Source of the DNA: Candidatus Methylomirabilia bacterium
GTDB lineage: Bacteria > Methylomirabilota > Methylomirabilia > Rokubacteriales > CSP1-6
Reading direction: 5' to 3'
DNA: 30,603 nucleotides
Assembly: GCA_046758965.1 (NCBI GenBank)
Contig: JBHIBG010000028.1
Location: 1-30,603 of the forward strand
This document shows, piece after piece, positions 1 to 7,497 of this stretch. Both the position numbers and the translations under genes were made by a program. Position 1 is the first letter of the stretch. Each line of letters opens with the position of its first letter. Below the pieces are notes generated by a model. That model made no database searches and was not told the origin of the DNA. It worked only from the letters and a program-made list of their open reading frames with translations.

Positions 1-2
1 TC

Positions 3-77
3 TGGGCCGTGGGGGATCAGCTCCGCAAAGGCGCCGCCACCAACGCCGTCCAGATTGCGGAGCTGCTCCTCCGGTAG
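3..77 (+). CDS. asd: Aspartate-semialdehyde dehydrogenase, C-terminal fragment (truncated by window edge)
   Basis: Frame from base 3 reads WAVGDQLRKGAATNAVQIAELLLR*, matching the Asd C-terminal W-x-x-x-D-x-LRKGAA-x-NAVQIAE signature. asd-truA adjacency is common. Confidence 0.9.
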   Translation, partial: WAVGDQLRKGAATNAVQIAELLLR

Positions 78-91
78 GTTCATCCTTCGCG

Positions 92-871
92 TTGTCGACC
101 ACGCCGGTTCGGACCCTCAGGCTCACGGTCGCCTACGACGGCACGGCCTGCCACGGCTGGCAGGTCCAGCGCGCTCAGCCCACGATCCAGGGTCTCCTCA
201 CCCGGGCGCTCAGCGAAATTCTGCGCGAGCCCGTCCGAGTCGTCGGAGCCAGTCGCACGGATGCCGGAGTGCATGCCCTCGGCCAGGTCGCCTCCCTCAC
301 CACGATGAGTCGCCTCTCTCTCCTGGCGATTCGTTCGGGCGCCAACGCCCTGCTCCCTGCCGACATCCGGGTGCTGAGAGCGTCTGAGGCGCCACCCGGG
401 TTCGACGCGCGTCGCTGGGCGCGCTCCAAGCGCTACGCCTATCTCATTGACCGGGCTCCGGTGGCCAGCCCTTTGCTCCGGCGTTACGCCTGGCATCTCC
501 CCCAGCCCCTGGATCTCGCGGCCATGATGTCCGGGCTCCGGGAGCTTCGAGGGAAACATGATTTCTCGGCCTTCTGTGCCGCTCCCGGGCGAGCGCGGAC
601 CCCGATCTGCTCCCTCTTCTCGGCTCGCCTGGCCACCCGGAGGAGTCTGCTGGCGATCTTTGTCTCCGCCGACAGCTTCCTCCACCACATGGTCCGGAAC
701 ATGGTGGGGAGCCTCGTGGAAGTGGGACGGGGACGACGACCCCCGGAGTGGATCCGTGAGCTCCTGCTGGGGCGGGACCGCGCTCGTGCAGGAATCACGG
801 CTCCCGCCCACGGCCTCACGCTCCTTCGGGTCTCCTGTGCCCTTGACCGGGCCTTCCGCCCGGATCGATAA
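92..871 (+). CDS. truA: tRNA pseudouridine(38-40) synthase TruA
   Basis: AYDGT..HGWQVQ, GASRTDAGVHA (catalytic Asp), GKHDFSAF, FLHHMVRNMVG, TAPAHGLTL motifs. TTG start. Confidence 0.95.
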   Translation: MSTTPVRTLRLTVAYDGTACHGWQVQRAQPTIQGLLTRALSEILREPVRVVGASRTDAGVHALGQVASLTTMSRLSLLAIRSGANALLPADIRVLRASEAPPGFDARRWARSKRYAYLIDRAPVASPLLRRYAWHLPQPLDLAAMMSGLRELRGKHDFSAFCAAPGRARTPICSLFSARLATRRSLLAIFVSADSFLHHMVRNMVGSLVEVGRGRRPPEWIRELLLGRDRARAGITAPAHGLTLLRVSCALDRAFRPDR

Positions 872-872
872 T
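843..872 (+). promoter_or_regulatory. Possible sigma70 promoter for the AOX/PTOX-like gene
   Basis: TTGACC (843-848), 18-nt spacer, GATAAT (867-872), overlapping the truA stop. Confidence 0.35.
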
Positions 873-992
873 CCTGCCACCGCTGAACGTCGCGGTGCTG
901 CTCCGAGACTCTCTCGGGTCGACGGCTTTCCTCTCGGAGCCCCATCGGAGGGCGAGGAGTTCACCGGCGGTGACTGTGGGAGGTGCCAAGCC

Positions 993-1649
993 GTGCAACG
1001 GTTGACTTCCGAAGAGCTGAAGCGGGAACAACAGAAGACCCTTGCGTCACCCCGAATGCGCTACGGTCTGCTCGCTCGACCACTTTTTGTCTCGATGGAT
1101 CTCCTGTACGGACGGAGGAAGACCCTCTCCAAGTTCAAGGTGCTGGAAATTGTCGCCCGCGTGCCCTACCAGGCCTGGGAGAACGTCGCCTACGTCGCCA
1201 TGACCCACACCCATGCCGACCCGAATTTCGCCCGTCGCATCTTCGACCGCATCAAGGAGGTCCGGATCCAGCAGGACAACGAGCAGTGGCACCTGCTGAT
1301 CCTGGGCGAGGTTACGGGCAAGAAGGGGATCCGTGAAAACTTCTTCTTGTACTGGCTCATCCCCCAGGTGCTCGCCTTCGTCTACTACAACATCTCGTGG
1401 TTCCTCTACGTGATCCGGCCCAGGTGGAGCTACCTGCTGAATGTCCACTTCGAGGACCACGCCGAGCACGAGTACATGGAGTTCGTGGCCGAGAACCCCG
1501 CCCTGGAGTCGGAGCCTTTCGAGAGCGTCTTCGCTGAGGACTACGGGCAGTTCGCCTCCCTCGCCGATCTCTTCCGCCAGATCGGCTACGACGAACGGGT
1601 GCATAAGCTGGAGAGCCTGGACCGGGTGGAGTCCGCGCGCTTTCAGTAA
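993..1649 (+). CDS. Alternative oxidase / PTOX-like diiron carboxylate quinol oxidase (218 aa)
   Basis: LEIVARVPY, DNEQWHLLIL, FEDHAEHEY, YDERVH give the four-helix E / ExxH / E / ExxH diiron ligand set and resemble PTOX (LETIARVPY). Start moved to GTG 993 behind GGAGG (979-983); the ORF-track extension overlaps truA. Confidence 0.85.
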   Translation: MQRLTSEELKREQQKTLASPRMRYGLLARPLFVSMDLLYGRRKTLSKFKVLEIVARVPYQAWENVAYVAMTHTHADPNFARRIFDRIKEVRIQQDNEQWHLLILGEVTGKKGIRENFFLYWLIPQVLAFVYYNISWFLYVIRPRWSYLLNVHFEDHAEHEYMEFVAENPALESEPFESVFAEDYGQFASLADLFRQIGYDERVHKLESLDRVESARFQ

Positions 1650-1854
1650 ACAACAGCGTGCGCGGGCAAAGCCTGCGCTCGAAGCGACCCACTACTGCTG
1701 TTTCAAGTACATCGACCTAACGAGCACGCGCCGCGGGTCCTGTCCCGGCAAGCAGCCCCACGGTGCTCGCTCCCGCAGGCTCGGCGGCCCGTCAGGACCT
1801 GTCGTCCGAGTGCAGTTCCAGCCCCGTTGAGAGGCGGTGCGCTGCGCGCCGTGG

Positions 1855-1910
1855 GGCGCCCCCGACCCGGATACGTTCCGTCTTCGACGGGTATCCGGGT
1901 GCCCGGCGCC
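1855..1910. repeat. Long imperfect hairpin between convergent genes (terminator or REP-like)
   Basis: ACCCGGATAC (1865-1874) pairs perfectly with GTATCCGGGT (1891-1900); inner CCGTC-TTC-GACGG; outer GGCGCC at 1855-1860 and 1905-1910. Confidence 0.55.
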
Positions 1911-1951
1911 ACCCGCGGCTGCTGGCCTGGGCGAAACAAGTTGGCGGCGCG

Positions 1952-2410
1952 CTAGGAGTCGTTGCCGGGCCGAGCTTTCAAGCGGCGGACGGAGGCTTCG
2001 AACTCCAGGAGGTTGAAGGGCGTCGGCGTGTCGTGGGGTTGGCCGGCCTCGTGGAGGCGGGCCTCCGAACCCCCATGGGCGTGATCCTCGGCGAAGGAGT
2101 CCTGCTGGGTCTTGGCGTGAGTCATCATCACCGACAGGATGTGTTCCAGCTCGTGCTGGTAGATGTTCACATGGCGGTGGCGGAGGTGGAGCAGAAAGAG
2201 GAAGTCGATGCAGGTGCCGAGGAAGTAGAAGAACGAGAGGTTGGTGAGCGAGGTCCGCTCCTCGTCGCAGAGCTGCCCGTTGGCCGCCTGCTGGATCTCG
2301 GTCCAGTAGTGGAGGATGAAGTCGGTCAGGCTCGGGCTCAGGAGCGAGAGGCGCTCGAGTGCCTCCTCAGTCAGCTCCTGAACCCGCGCGTAGTAGTCGT
2401 CCTTTCCCAT
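1952..2410 (-). CDS. Hypothetical helical, His-rich protein (152 aa)
   Basis: ATG start 18 nt after the mrp stop on the same strand; natural-looking composition; no family recognised. Confidence 0.75.
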   Translation of the reverse strand: MGKDDYYARVQELTEEALERLSLLSPSLTDFILHYWTEIQQAANGQLCDEERTSLTNLSFFYFLGTCIDFLFLLHLRHRHVNIYQHELEHILSVMMTHAKTQQDSFAEDHAHGGSEARLHEAGQPHDTPTPFNLLEFEASVRRLKARPGNDS

Positions 2411-2428
2411 GGAAAGGCCTATCGGCGA

Positions 2429-3490
2429 TCAGTGAATGGTCGGGAGGGGGCGCAGCGCCTGGATGCTGATGCGCGCGGCCACCTGGCCGGCGAGCTTCTG
2501 GACGGCCTGGGCCTGCTCGGACTCCGGGGCGGCGACCACGATGGGCCGGCCCGTATCGCCGCCCTTCTGTGTCTCCGGATCGAAGGGGAACTCGCCCAGG
2601 AGCGGCACATCGTACTCCTCGGCGATCCGTCGCCCCCCTCCCTCGCCGAAGAGGCGGATTCGCTCGCCGTGAGGGCAGACATAGTAGCTCATGTTCTCCA
2701 CGATTCCGAGGATCGGGACATTGAGCCGATTGAACATCGCGAGGCCCTTTCGGACGTCGTGGAGGGAGATCTCCTGGGGGGTGGTGACCATGACAGCGCC
2801 GGTGAGCGGGATCACCTGGGAGATCGTGAGCTGGGCATCTCCCGTCCCCGGCGGGAGGTCGATGACCAGGTAATCGAGCTCTCCCCACTCCACGTCGAAC
2901 AGAAACTGCTTGATCGTAGAGGAGAGCATCGGGCCGCGGAGAATCGCGGCGTCCTCGTGCTGGACGAAGAAGCCGATGGAGATCATCCGGGTCCGATGGG
3001 CGATAACGGGGATGATGCGCCCCTGGAACATCCCTGGCAACCCCCTGGCGCCCATCATCATCGGGACATTCGGGCCGTAGATATCGGCGTCGAGGAGTCC
3101 CACCCTGGCCCCGGTCTGGGCAAGAGCCAGCGCGAGGTTGACGGCCACGGTGGTCTTGCCGACGCCACCCTTGCCTGAGGAGACCGCCACGGTGTTCTTG
3201 ATCTGGGGGGCGTCCTCCCCCTGCGGGATACCGGCGGCGCGTACCCGGGCGCTCATCTTGACCCGGACCTCGCTGACGCCCGGCACCTTCATCACCTCAT
3301 CGCGCACCTGTCGCTCGAGGAGCCCCTTGACAGGGCAGGCAGGGGTGGTGAGCTCCAGGGTGAAGCTCACCTTGGAGCCGCCGACTACCAAGTCTCGGAC
3401 GAACCCTAAGGTCACCACGTCCGTCGAAAGATCCGGGTCCTCGACATGGCGCAGCGCGGTGAGAACAGCTTCGGTAGTAATCGGTTGCAT
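2429..3490 (-). CDS. mrp: Mrp/ApbC/NBP35 Fe-S cluster carrier ATPase with N-terminal DUF59-like domain
   Basis: VEDPDL..TTPACP N-domain; SGKGGVGKTT Walker A; DADIYGPN; DLPPGTGD; GIVENMS. Start at ATG 3490 with upstream GGGGAG. Confidence 0.93.
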   Translation of the reverse strand: MQPITTEAVLTALRHVEDPDLSTDVVTLGFVRDLVVGGSKVSFTLELTTPACPVKGLLERQVRDEVMKVPGVSEVRVKMSARVRAAGIPQGEDAPQIKNTVAVSSGKGGVGKTTVAVNLALALAQTGARVGLLDADIYGPNVPMMMGARGLPGMFQGRIIPVIAHRTRMISIGFFVQHEDAAILRGPMLSSTIKQFLFDVEWGELDYLVIDLPPGTGDAQLTISQVIPLTGAVMVTTPQEISLHDVRKGLAMFNRLNVPILGIVENMSYYVCPHGERIRLFGEGGGRRIAEEYDVPLLGEFPFDPETQKGGDTGRPIVVAAPESEQAQAVQKLAGQVAARISIQALRPLPTIH

Positions 3491-3496
3491 CTGGCT

Positions 3497-3526
3497 TTGA
3501 CTCCCCAATGAATTGACGGGTATGAT
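3497..3526 (+). promoter_or_regulatory. Candidate sigma70 promoter in the divergent mrp / polyferredoxin spacer
   Basis: TTGACT (3497-3502), 18 nt, TATGAT (3521-3526); SD GGAGG before ATG 3566. Confidence 0.5.
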
Positions 3527-3565
3527 AGCTCTCCGCTGAAACTTTGTAAACCCGTGGGAGGTTAG

Positions 3566-5686
3566 ATGGGCTGGGGAGTGATCCTCTGCAGTTGCAACGA
3601 AACTCTGGCATGGGATGCGCCGGCGATCCAGCGGGCTCTGGGTCTTCAGGAACCGCCTCAGCTCTTCGACCGCCTCCCGCGCGATGAGATTCACCGCTTC
3701 ATCGATTTTGTGAACTCTGGAAGCGCTGATGCCCTGATGATCAGCTGCTGCGGGCCCGAGGAGCTCTTCCGCGAAGCCGCGGGCGCCGCCGGAGCCGACC
3801 CGGCACGGATTTTCGTGGCCAACCTGAAGGAGAGCTGTTTCTGGCCTCACCCGGACAGGTCCGCGGCCAACGGCAAGGCGGCCCGGCTCCTGCGCGCCGC
3901 CATGAGGTCGGCCGAGACGGCCAAGCCTCCTCCCGAGCTGCCGGTGAAGGTGGGGCCCACGGTGCTGATCGCCACGGATTCACCGTCCGGGCTTCTCCTG
4001 GCCAAGCGACTAGGTGCGGTCGGCCGGCCGGTCGTCGTGCTGGACGAGCGCTCAGAGTCCTTGGACCCCGAGTTCATCCACCCTCTTCCATGGAAGACGA
4101 ACTGGGGGACCGTGGCGAAGGTCGACGGCACACTCGGGGAGTTCCGTGTCACGGTGGAGCGCAGCCAGCCCCTCGATCTCCAGACCTGCGTCTACTGCCA
4201 GCGGTGCGTGCCCGTCTGCCACACCGCGGCCATCAGCAAGGGGTTGCGCTTGCGCCTGGAGCTCTGTGATCAGTGCGGCGACTGCCTCAAGGCCTGCGAG
4301 GAGGTCGCCGCCATCAAGATTCCCCGCAAGGACCAGGAGGTGATCCGCGCAGACCAGGTCGTGGTGATCACCGAGGACGGCGCCCCCGCAATCTCACCCC
4401 GCACGGGCTTTCACCTGCTCCGGAGCCCCTCGCCGATGGAGGTGGAGACCCTCGCATGGAAGGTGTTCGAGCTCATCGGCGAATTCCAAAGGCCCCACTA
4501 TGTGCAGTACGACACGGATACCTGCGCCGGAGGCTCGGCGAACCATCAGGCCTGCGGACGCTGCATCACTGCCTGCCCGTACCAGGCGATTTCGAGGAAC
4601 CCGGGAAACCCCCTTCGCGTCCAGGTCGACCCCAAGGCGTGCGAGGGGTGCGGCGCATGCGTCTCGGCCTGCCCAACTTCTTCGTTGACCTTCACCGATC
4701 CTCCCCTGGGGGAGCTGTACGAGCGCCTCCGGACCCTCCTGGCTCCGCTGGCAGGAGGTCTGGAAGGGCCCCCCCCGGTTATTGCGTTCCACTGCCCGGA
4801 GAAAGGGGCGGGAGCGCTCACCGAGGCGGGGCGGCTCCGCAGGCCATATCCGGCCTCCGTGCTCCCGGTGCCCATGGCCTGTCTGCGCCACGTGTCGGAA
4901 GCAAACATGCTGGCTGCCTTCCGTCTCGGCGCTGCGGGCGTGGCACTCCTCGGCTGCGACTCCTGCCCCCATGGCGAACGCGAGCTCGTGTTCGACAAGC
5001 TCGACTTGACCAAGAGAGTCCTCGACGCCTTCGGGCTCGGGGGCGAGCGGGTTCACCTGATCACCGGGGAACCGGGGGAGGTGATCGAGGCGCTCAACCA
5101 TTTTGCCGGAGCCGTCGAACCTTCACCCGTCAAGTGGGATGGCGAGGATGGAGCGGGCCCGACCGGCAACCGTGAGACCTTTGCCGAGGCCGTTGGCGCC
5201 TTCGTCGCTGCCACCGGTCGTGAGCCCGGCCGGGTGGCTGTCTCGGGGGGCGCGTCGTTTGCCTTCCCCGACGTCCGGGTGAGCGGGTGCACGCTCTGCC
5301 GGACCTGCGTGAATGTGTGCCCGACCCACGCCTTCCGCTACCAGGAGAGGACGCAGACTCTCGAGCTCAAACAGCTCAGCTGTGTCAACTGCGGGCTCTG
5401 CGTTACCGCCTGCCCCGAGTCGGTGATCACGCTCAAGCCTGAGATCTACCTCGATACGGGTGCTCTGGACTACCAGGTGGTCGTCCAGGACGAGACCCTC
5501 CACTGTGTTAAGTGCGACGCCCCCTTTGCCAACAAGCGGGCGGTGGAGGTCATCGAGGCGAAGGTCTTCGGGATGGAGAGGCTTTTGGACACCTTCGTGG
5601 GAGAGCGGCGGAACCTGCTCCGGATGTGCCCGGACTGCCGAGCAGTGGCTGCCATGCTGGAGTTGGAGAAGGGATGGGAGCCGTAG
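3566..5686 (+). CDS. FDH-cluster polyferredoxin with HdrA-like N-terminus and MvhD/FlpD-like domain
   Basis: Six ferredoxin-type Cys groups (e.g. CVYCQRCVPVC, CEGCGACVSACP, CTLCRTCVNVCP, CVNCGLCVTACP); ANLKESCFWPH resembles HdrA ANIREQCSWVH; IAFHC..PMAC..GAAGVALLGCDSCPH resembles MvhD; terminal CVKC..CPDC. Confidence 0.85.
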   Translation: MGWGVILCSCNETLAWDAPAIQRALGLQEPPQLFDRLPRDEIHRFIDFVNSGSADALMISCCGPEELFREAAGAAGADPARIFVANLKESCFWPHPDRSAANGKAARLLRAAMRSAETAKPPPELPVKVGPTVLIATDSPSGLLLAKRLGAVGRPVVVLDERSESLDPEFIHPLPWKTNWGTVAKVDGTLGEFRVTVERSQPLDLQTCVYCQRCVPVCHTAAISKGLRLRLELCDQCGDCLKACEEVAAIKIPRKDQEVIRADQVVVITEDGAPAISPRTGFHLLRSPSPMEVETLAWKVFELIGEFQRPHYVQYDTDTCAGGSANHQACGRCITACPYQAISRNPGNPLRVQVDPKACEGCGACVSACPTSSLTFTDPPLGELYERLRTLLAPLAGGLEGPPPVIAFHCPEKGAGALTEAGRLRRPYPASVLPVPMACLRHVSEANMLAAFRLGAAGVALLGCDSCPHGERELVFDKLDLTKRVLDAFGLGGERVHLITGEPGEVIEALNHFAGAVEPSPVKWDGEDGAGPTGNRETFAEAVGAFVAATGREPGRVAVSGGASFAFPDVRVSGCTLCRTCVNVCPTHAFRYQERTQTLELKQLSCVNCGLCVTACPESVITLKPEIYLDTGALDYQVVVQDETLHCVKCDAPFANKRAVEVIEAKVFGMERLLDTFVGERRNLLRMCPDCRAVAAMLELEKGWEP

Positions 5687-5843
5687 GGGTCGCCCTCGTC
5701 AGACCCCGAGACCCCTCCGCGACTGGCCGCACGTTCTCGAGCTTCGGGGAGCCAGCTGTGAATGCCCGGGGGGAAGGAGCGTTCGTCGGCTGGGGTGCCG
5801 GAGGCAAGGGCACCTCTCTTGCCTCACCGAGAGGGAGGCGCTA

Positions 5844-6266
5844 ATGAGAGAGCGCCGCAAGAAGCAGCCAAGCAAGCGGAAAAGCAAGGGGTTCGTGGAT
5901 GCTGTCTACGACGGTTATATCCGCCACGTCGCGCTCAGCAAGTGGCGGGAGGTCCAGGGCATGCTCGCTGCCGGCACGCCCGCTCAGGTGGTGCTCCGGG
6001 AGGTCGGACAGTTCCCAGAGCGGGGATGCTACCGCGCCATCTGGGAGGAGTGCTGGCAGGCTCACCTCCGCGGGAGAGAGGAGGCTTCGCCCCTGGTCGG
6101 TGCCATCGAGGCTCTTGTGCGGGACGCACTGGAGCGGGAGAGAGAGGAGCGAAAGCGAACGGGCGACCGGCCCCTGGACGAGGAGGCCGACTTCAAGGGG
6201 TTCGTGGACGGCGCCTTCGAGCAGCTCTTTGCCGAGGAGGCCGGGTCGCTCGAGGAGTTCGATTGA
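5844..6266 (+). CDS. Hypothetical protein (140 aa)
   Basis: GGGAGG SD then ATG 5844; basic N-terminus and acidic C-terminus; lies between the polyferredoxin and TorD genes. Confidence 0.75.
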   Translation: MRERRKKQPSKRKSKGFVDAVYDGYIRHVALSKWREVQGMLAAGTPAQVVLREVGQFPERGCYRAIWEECWQAHLRGREEASPLVGAIEALVRDALEREREERKRTGDRPLDEEADFKGFVDGAFEQLFAEEAGSLEEFD

Positions 6267-6287
6267 CGGGCCCGGGAGGTTCAGGCC

Positions 6288-7037
6288 GTGATCGGTGACC
6301 GCGAGCTGTCCGAGTTCAGAGAAGGCTACTATCGTCTCCTGGCCACCCTGTTCCTGCGCGAGCCCACACCCGACTTTCTCCACTCGCTGGGCCAGGGGCT
6401 CGCCCAGCGCATCGACGCCTCGATCAACCTGAACCCCACCCTCGGAGAGGGATGGACCGAGATTGCCTCCGTCCTGGGGGCGCATGCAGAGGCGGCCGAG
6501 CAGGTGGCGGACGAGTTCACCCGGCTGTTCATCGGGCCGCGGCCTGCACTCAACCCCTACGAATCGTACTACCTCGCCGGGAAGCTCTACGCGGAGCCCC
6601 TCGCCGCCGTGCGGAGCTTCCTGCAGCGGGTCGGGCTGACCAAGGACCCCGCGGCTGCCGAGCCCGAGGATAACGTCGCCTCAGAATTCGAGGTGATGGG
6701 CCGGCTCATCGACCGCCAGTGCCAGGCCCGCGACCCGGACGGCGAGGCCACCTGGCTCCACGTCCAGGGCGAGTTTCTCAAGCACCACATCCTCGTGTGG
6801 GTTCCCAAGTTCGCGTCCGACCTCTCTCAGGAGAAGCCCTCGGCCTTCTACCGGGGCGCCGCAAAGGTCTGTACGGGGTTCCTCGAGCTAGAGCGGGAGG
6901 TGATTCGGCCGTGGGGCCCCGAGGGGTTTAAGAGTTACGAGGAAGCGCGGCAGGCGATGGTTCGGCGGGGGGAGTGGAAGGGGCCGGTGTTCGAGCCTCC
7001 GGCCCCTGCGGGCGAGGAAAGCGGCTCGGGCTACTGA
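6288..7037 (+). CDS. TorD/DmsD-family molybdoenzyme maturation chaperone
   Basis: YRLLATLFLREP, EFTRLFIG, PYESYY, EPEDN (canonical EPxDH), FLKHHILVWVPKF, FYRGAA; GGAGG SD. Confidence 0.9.
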   Translation: MIGDRELSEFREGYYRLLATLFLREPTPDFLHSLGQGLAQRIDASINLNPTLGEGWTEIASVLGAHAEAAEQVADEFTRLFIGPRPALNPYESYYLAGKLYAEPLAAVRSFLQRVGLTKDPAAAEPEDNVASEFEVMGRLIDRQCQARDPDGEATWLHVQGEFLKHHILVWVPKFASDLSQEKPSAFYRGAAKVCTGFLELEREVIRPWGPEGFKSYEEARQAMVRRGEWKGPVFEPPAPAGEESGSGY

Positions 7038-7090
7038 GGGACGGGCACGGGGGCGGCCCATGAAAGAGAAATATTTTACATATTTTCTGC

Positions 7091-7119
7091 TTGACAGGAT
7101 TGGGCGTGGGGACTATAAG
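7091..7119 (+). promoter_or_regulatory. Near-consensus sigma70 promoter of the fdh structural genes
   Basis: TTGACA (7091-7096), 17 nt, TATAAG (7114-7119), preceded by an AT-rich tract at 7061-7088. Confidence 0.75.
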
Positions 7120-7211
7120 GGGGGACACCACTTGAAGGGGGAGGGTGTAAGTAAGCGAGGTGTCTGACTGACCTCGCAGGTCAGGGTTCCCCAGGGGGGA
7201 GGTGAGGAGCT

Positions 7212-7457
7212 GTGGTGGAAGGAACCATCAAGAAGCTGGACCTCGCCTCGCGGAGCGCGGTGGTGGGGCTGTCGGACGGGAAAGAGCTCTCCGTTAAGTT
7301 CCCCGAACGGGTGAGCGTCGAGGTCGCCGAGCCCGAGACCATGGGAGAGATGGGCGGGAGCTTGGAGGACCTCCAAGAGGGGTTCATCGTCGAGCTCGAT
7401 TTAGAACATCGCTCCGACGGGAGCTGGAGTTGCGCGTCCGTTGTCTGCGTCAGCTGA
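7212..7457 (+). CDS. Small acidic beta-rich hypothetical protein (possible OB-fold, 81 aa)
   Basis: GGAGG/GAGGAG SD before GTG; EGTIKKLD..V..L..G..V pattern reminiscent of small OB-fold domains; two Cys near the C-terminus. Confidence 0.75.
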   Translation: MVEGTIKKLDLASRSAVVGLSDGKELSVKFPERVSVEVAEPETMGEMGGSLEDLQEGFIVELDLEHRSDGSWSCASVVCVS

Positions 7458-7471
7458 TAGCTCGAGAACCG

Positions 7472-7497
7472 GGGGCCCGCTTCGCGCGGCCCCTTTT
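7472..7497 (+). terminator. Intrinsic terminator-like hairpin inside the fdh transcription unit
   Basis: GGGGCC (7472-7477) pairs with GGCCCC (7488-7493), followed by TTTT and a further T-run. Confidence 0.55.

Noticed and set aside
950..975. Fluoride riboswitch-like GGCGAGGAGTTCACC
   Set aside because: Lacks the conserved GATG and the downstream pseudoknot partner, and the gene context does not fit.
558..992. Long N-terminal extensions in the ORF track (AOX-like; also mrp to 3850, cytochrome c from 11347, hemA, hemD, hemL, actC, actD)
   Set aside because: Most overlap neighbouring genes and all lack family-like sequence; downstream starts with SD sites, stop-start overlaps or signal peptides fit better.
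1730..1765. SRP RNA-like AAGCAGC segment
   Set aside because: The conserved CAGG..GGAA..AGCAG helix 8 arrangement is not present.
1763..3178. 471-aa plus-strand ORF
   Set aside because: Antisense shadow of mrp and the downstream hypothetical gene; no motifs; typical of high-GC DNA.
7120..7211. Moco/Wco riboswitch in the fdh leader
   Set aside because: Hairpins are present, but I could not find the conserved Moco RNA features; an Rfam scan would settle it.
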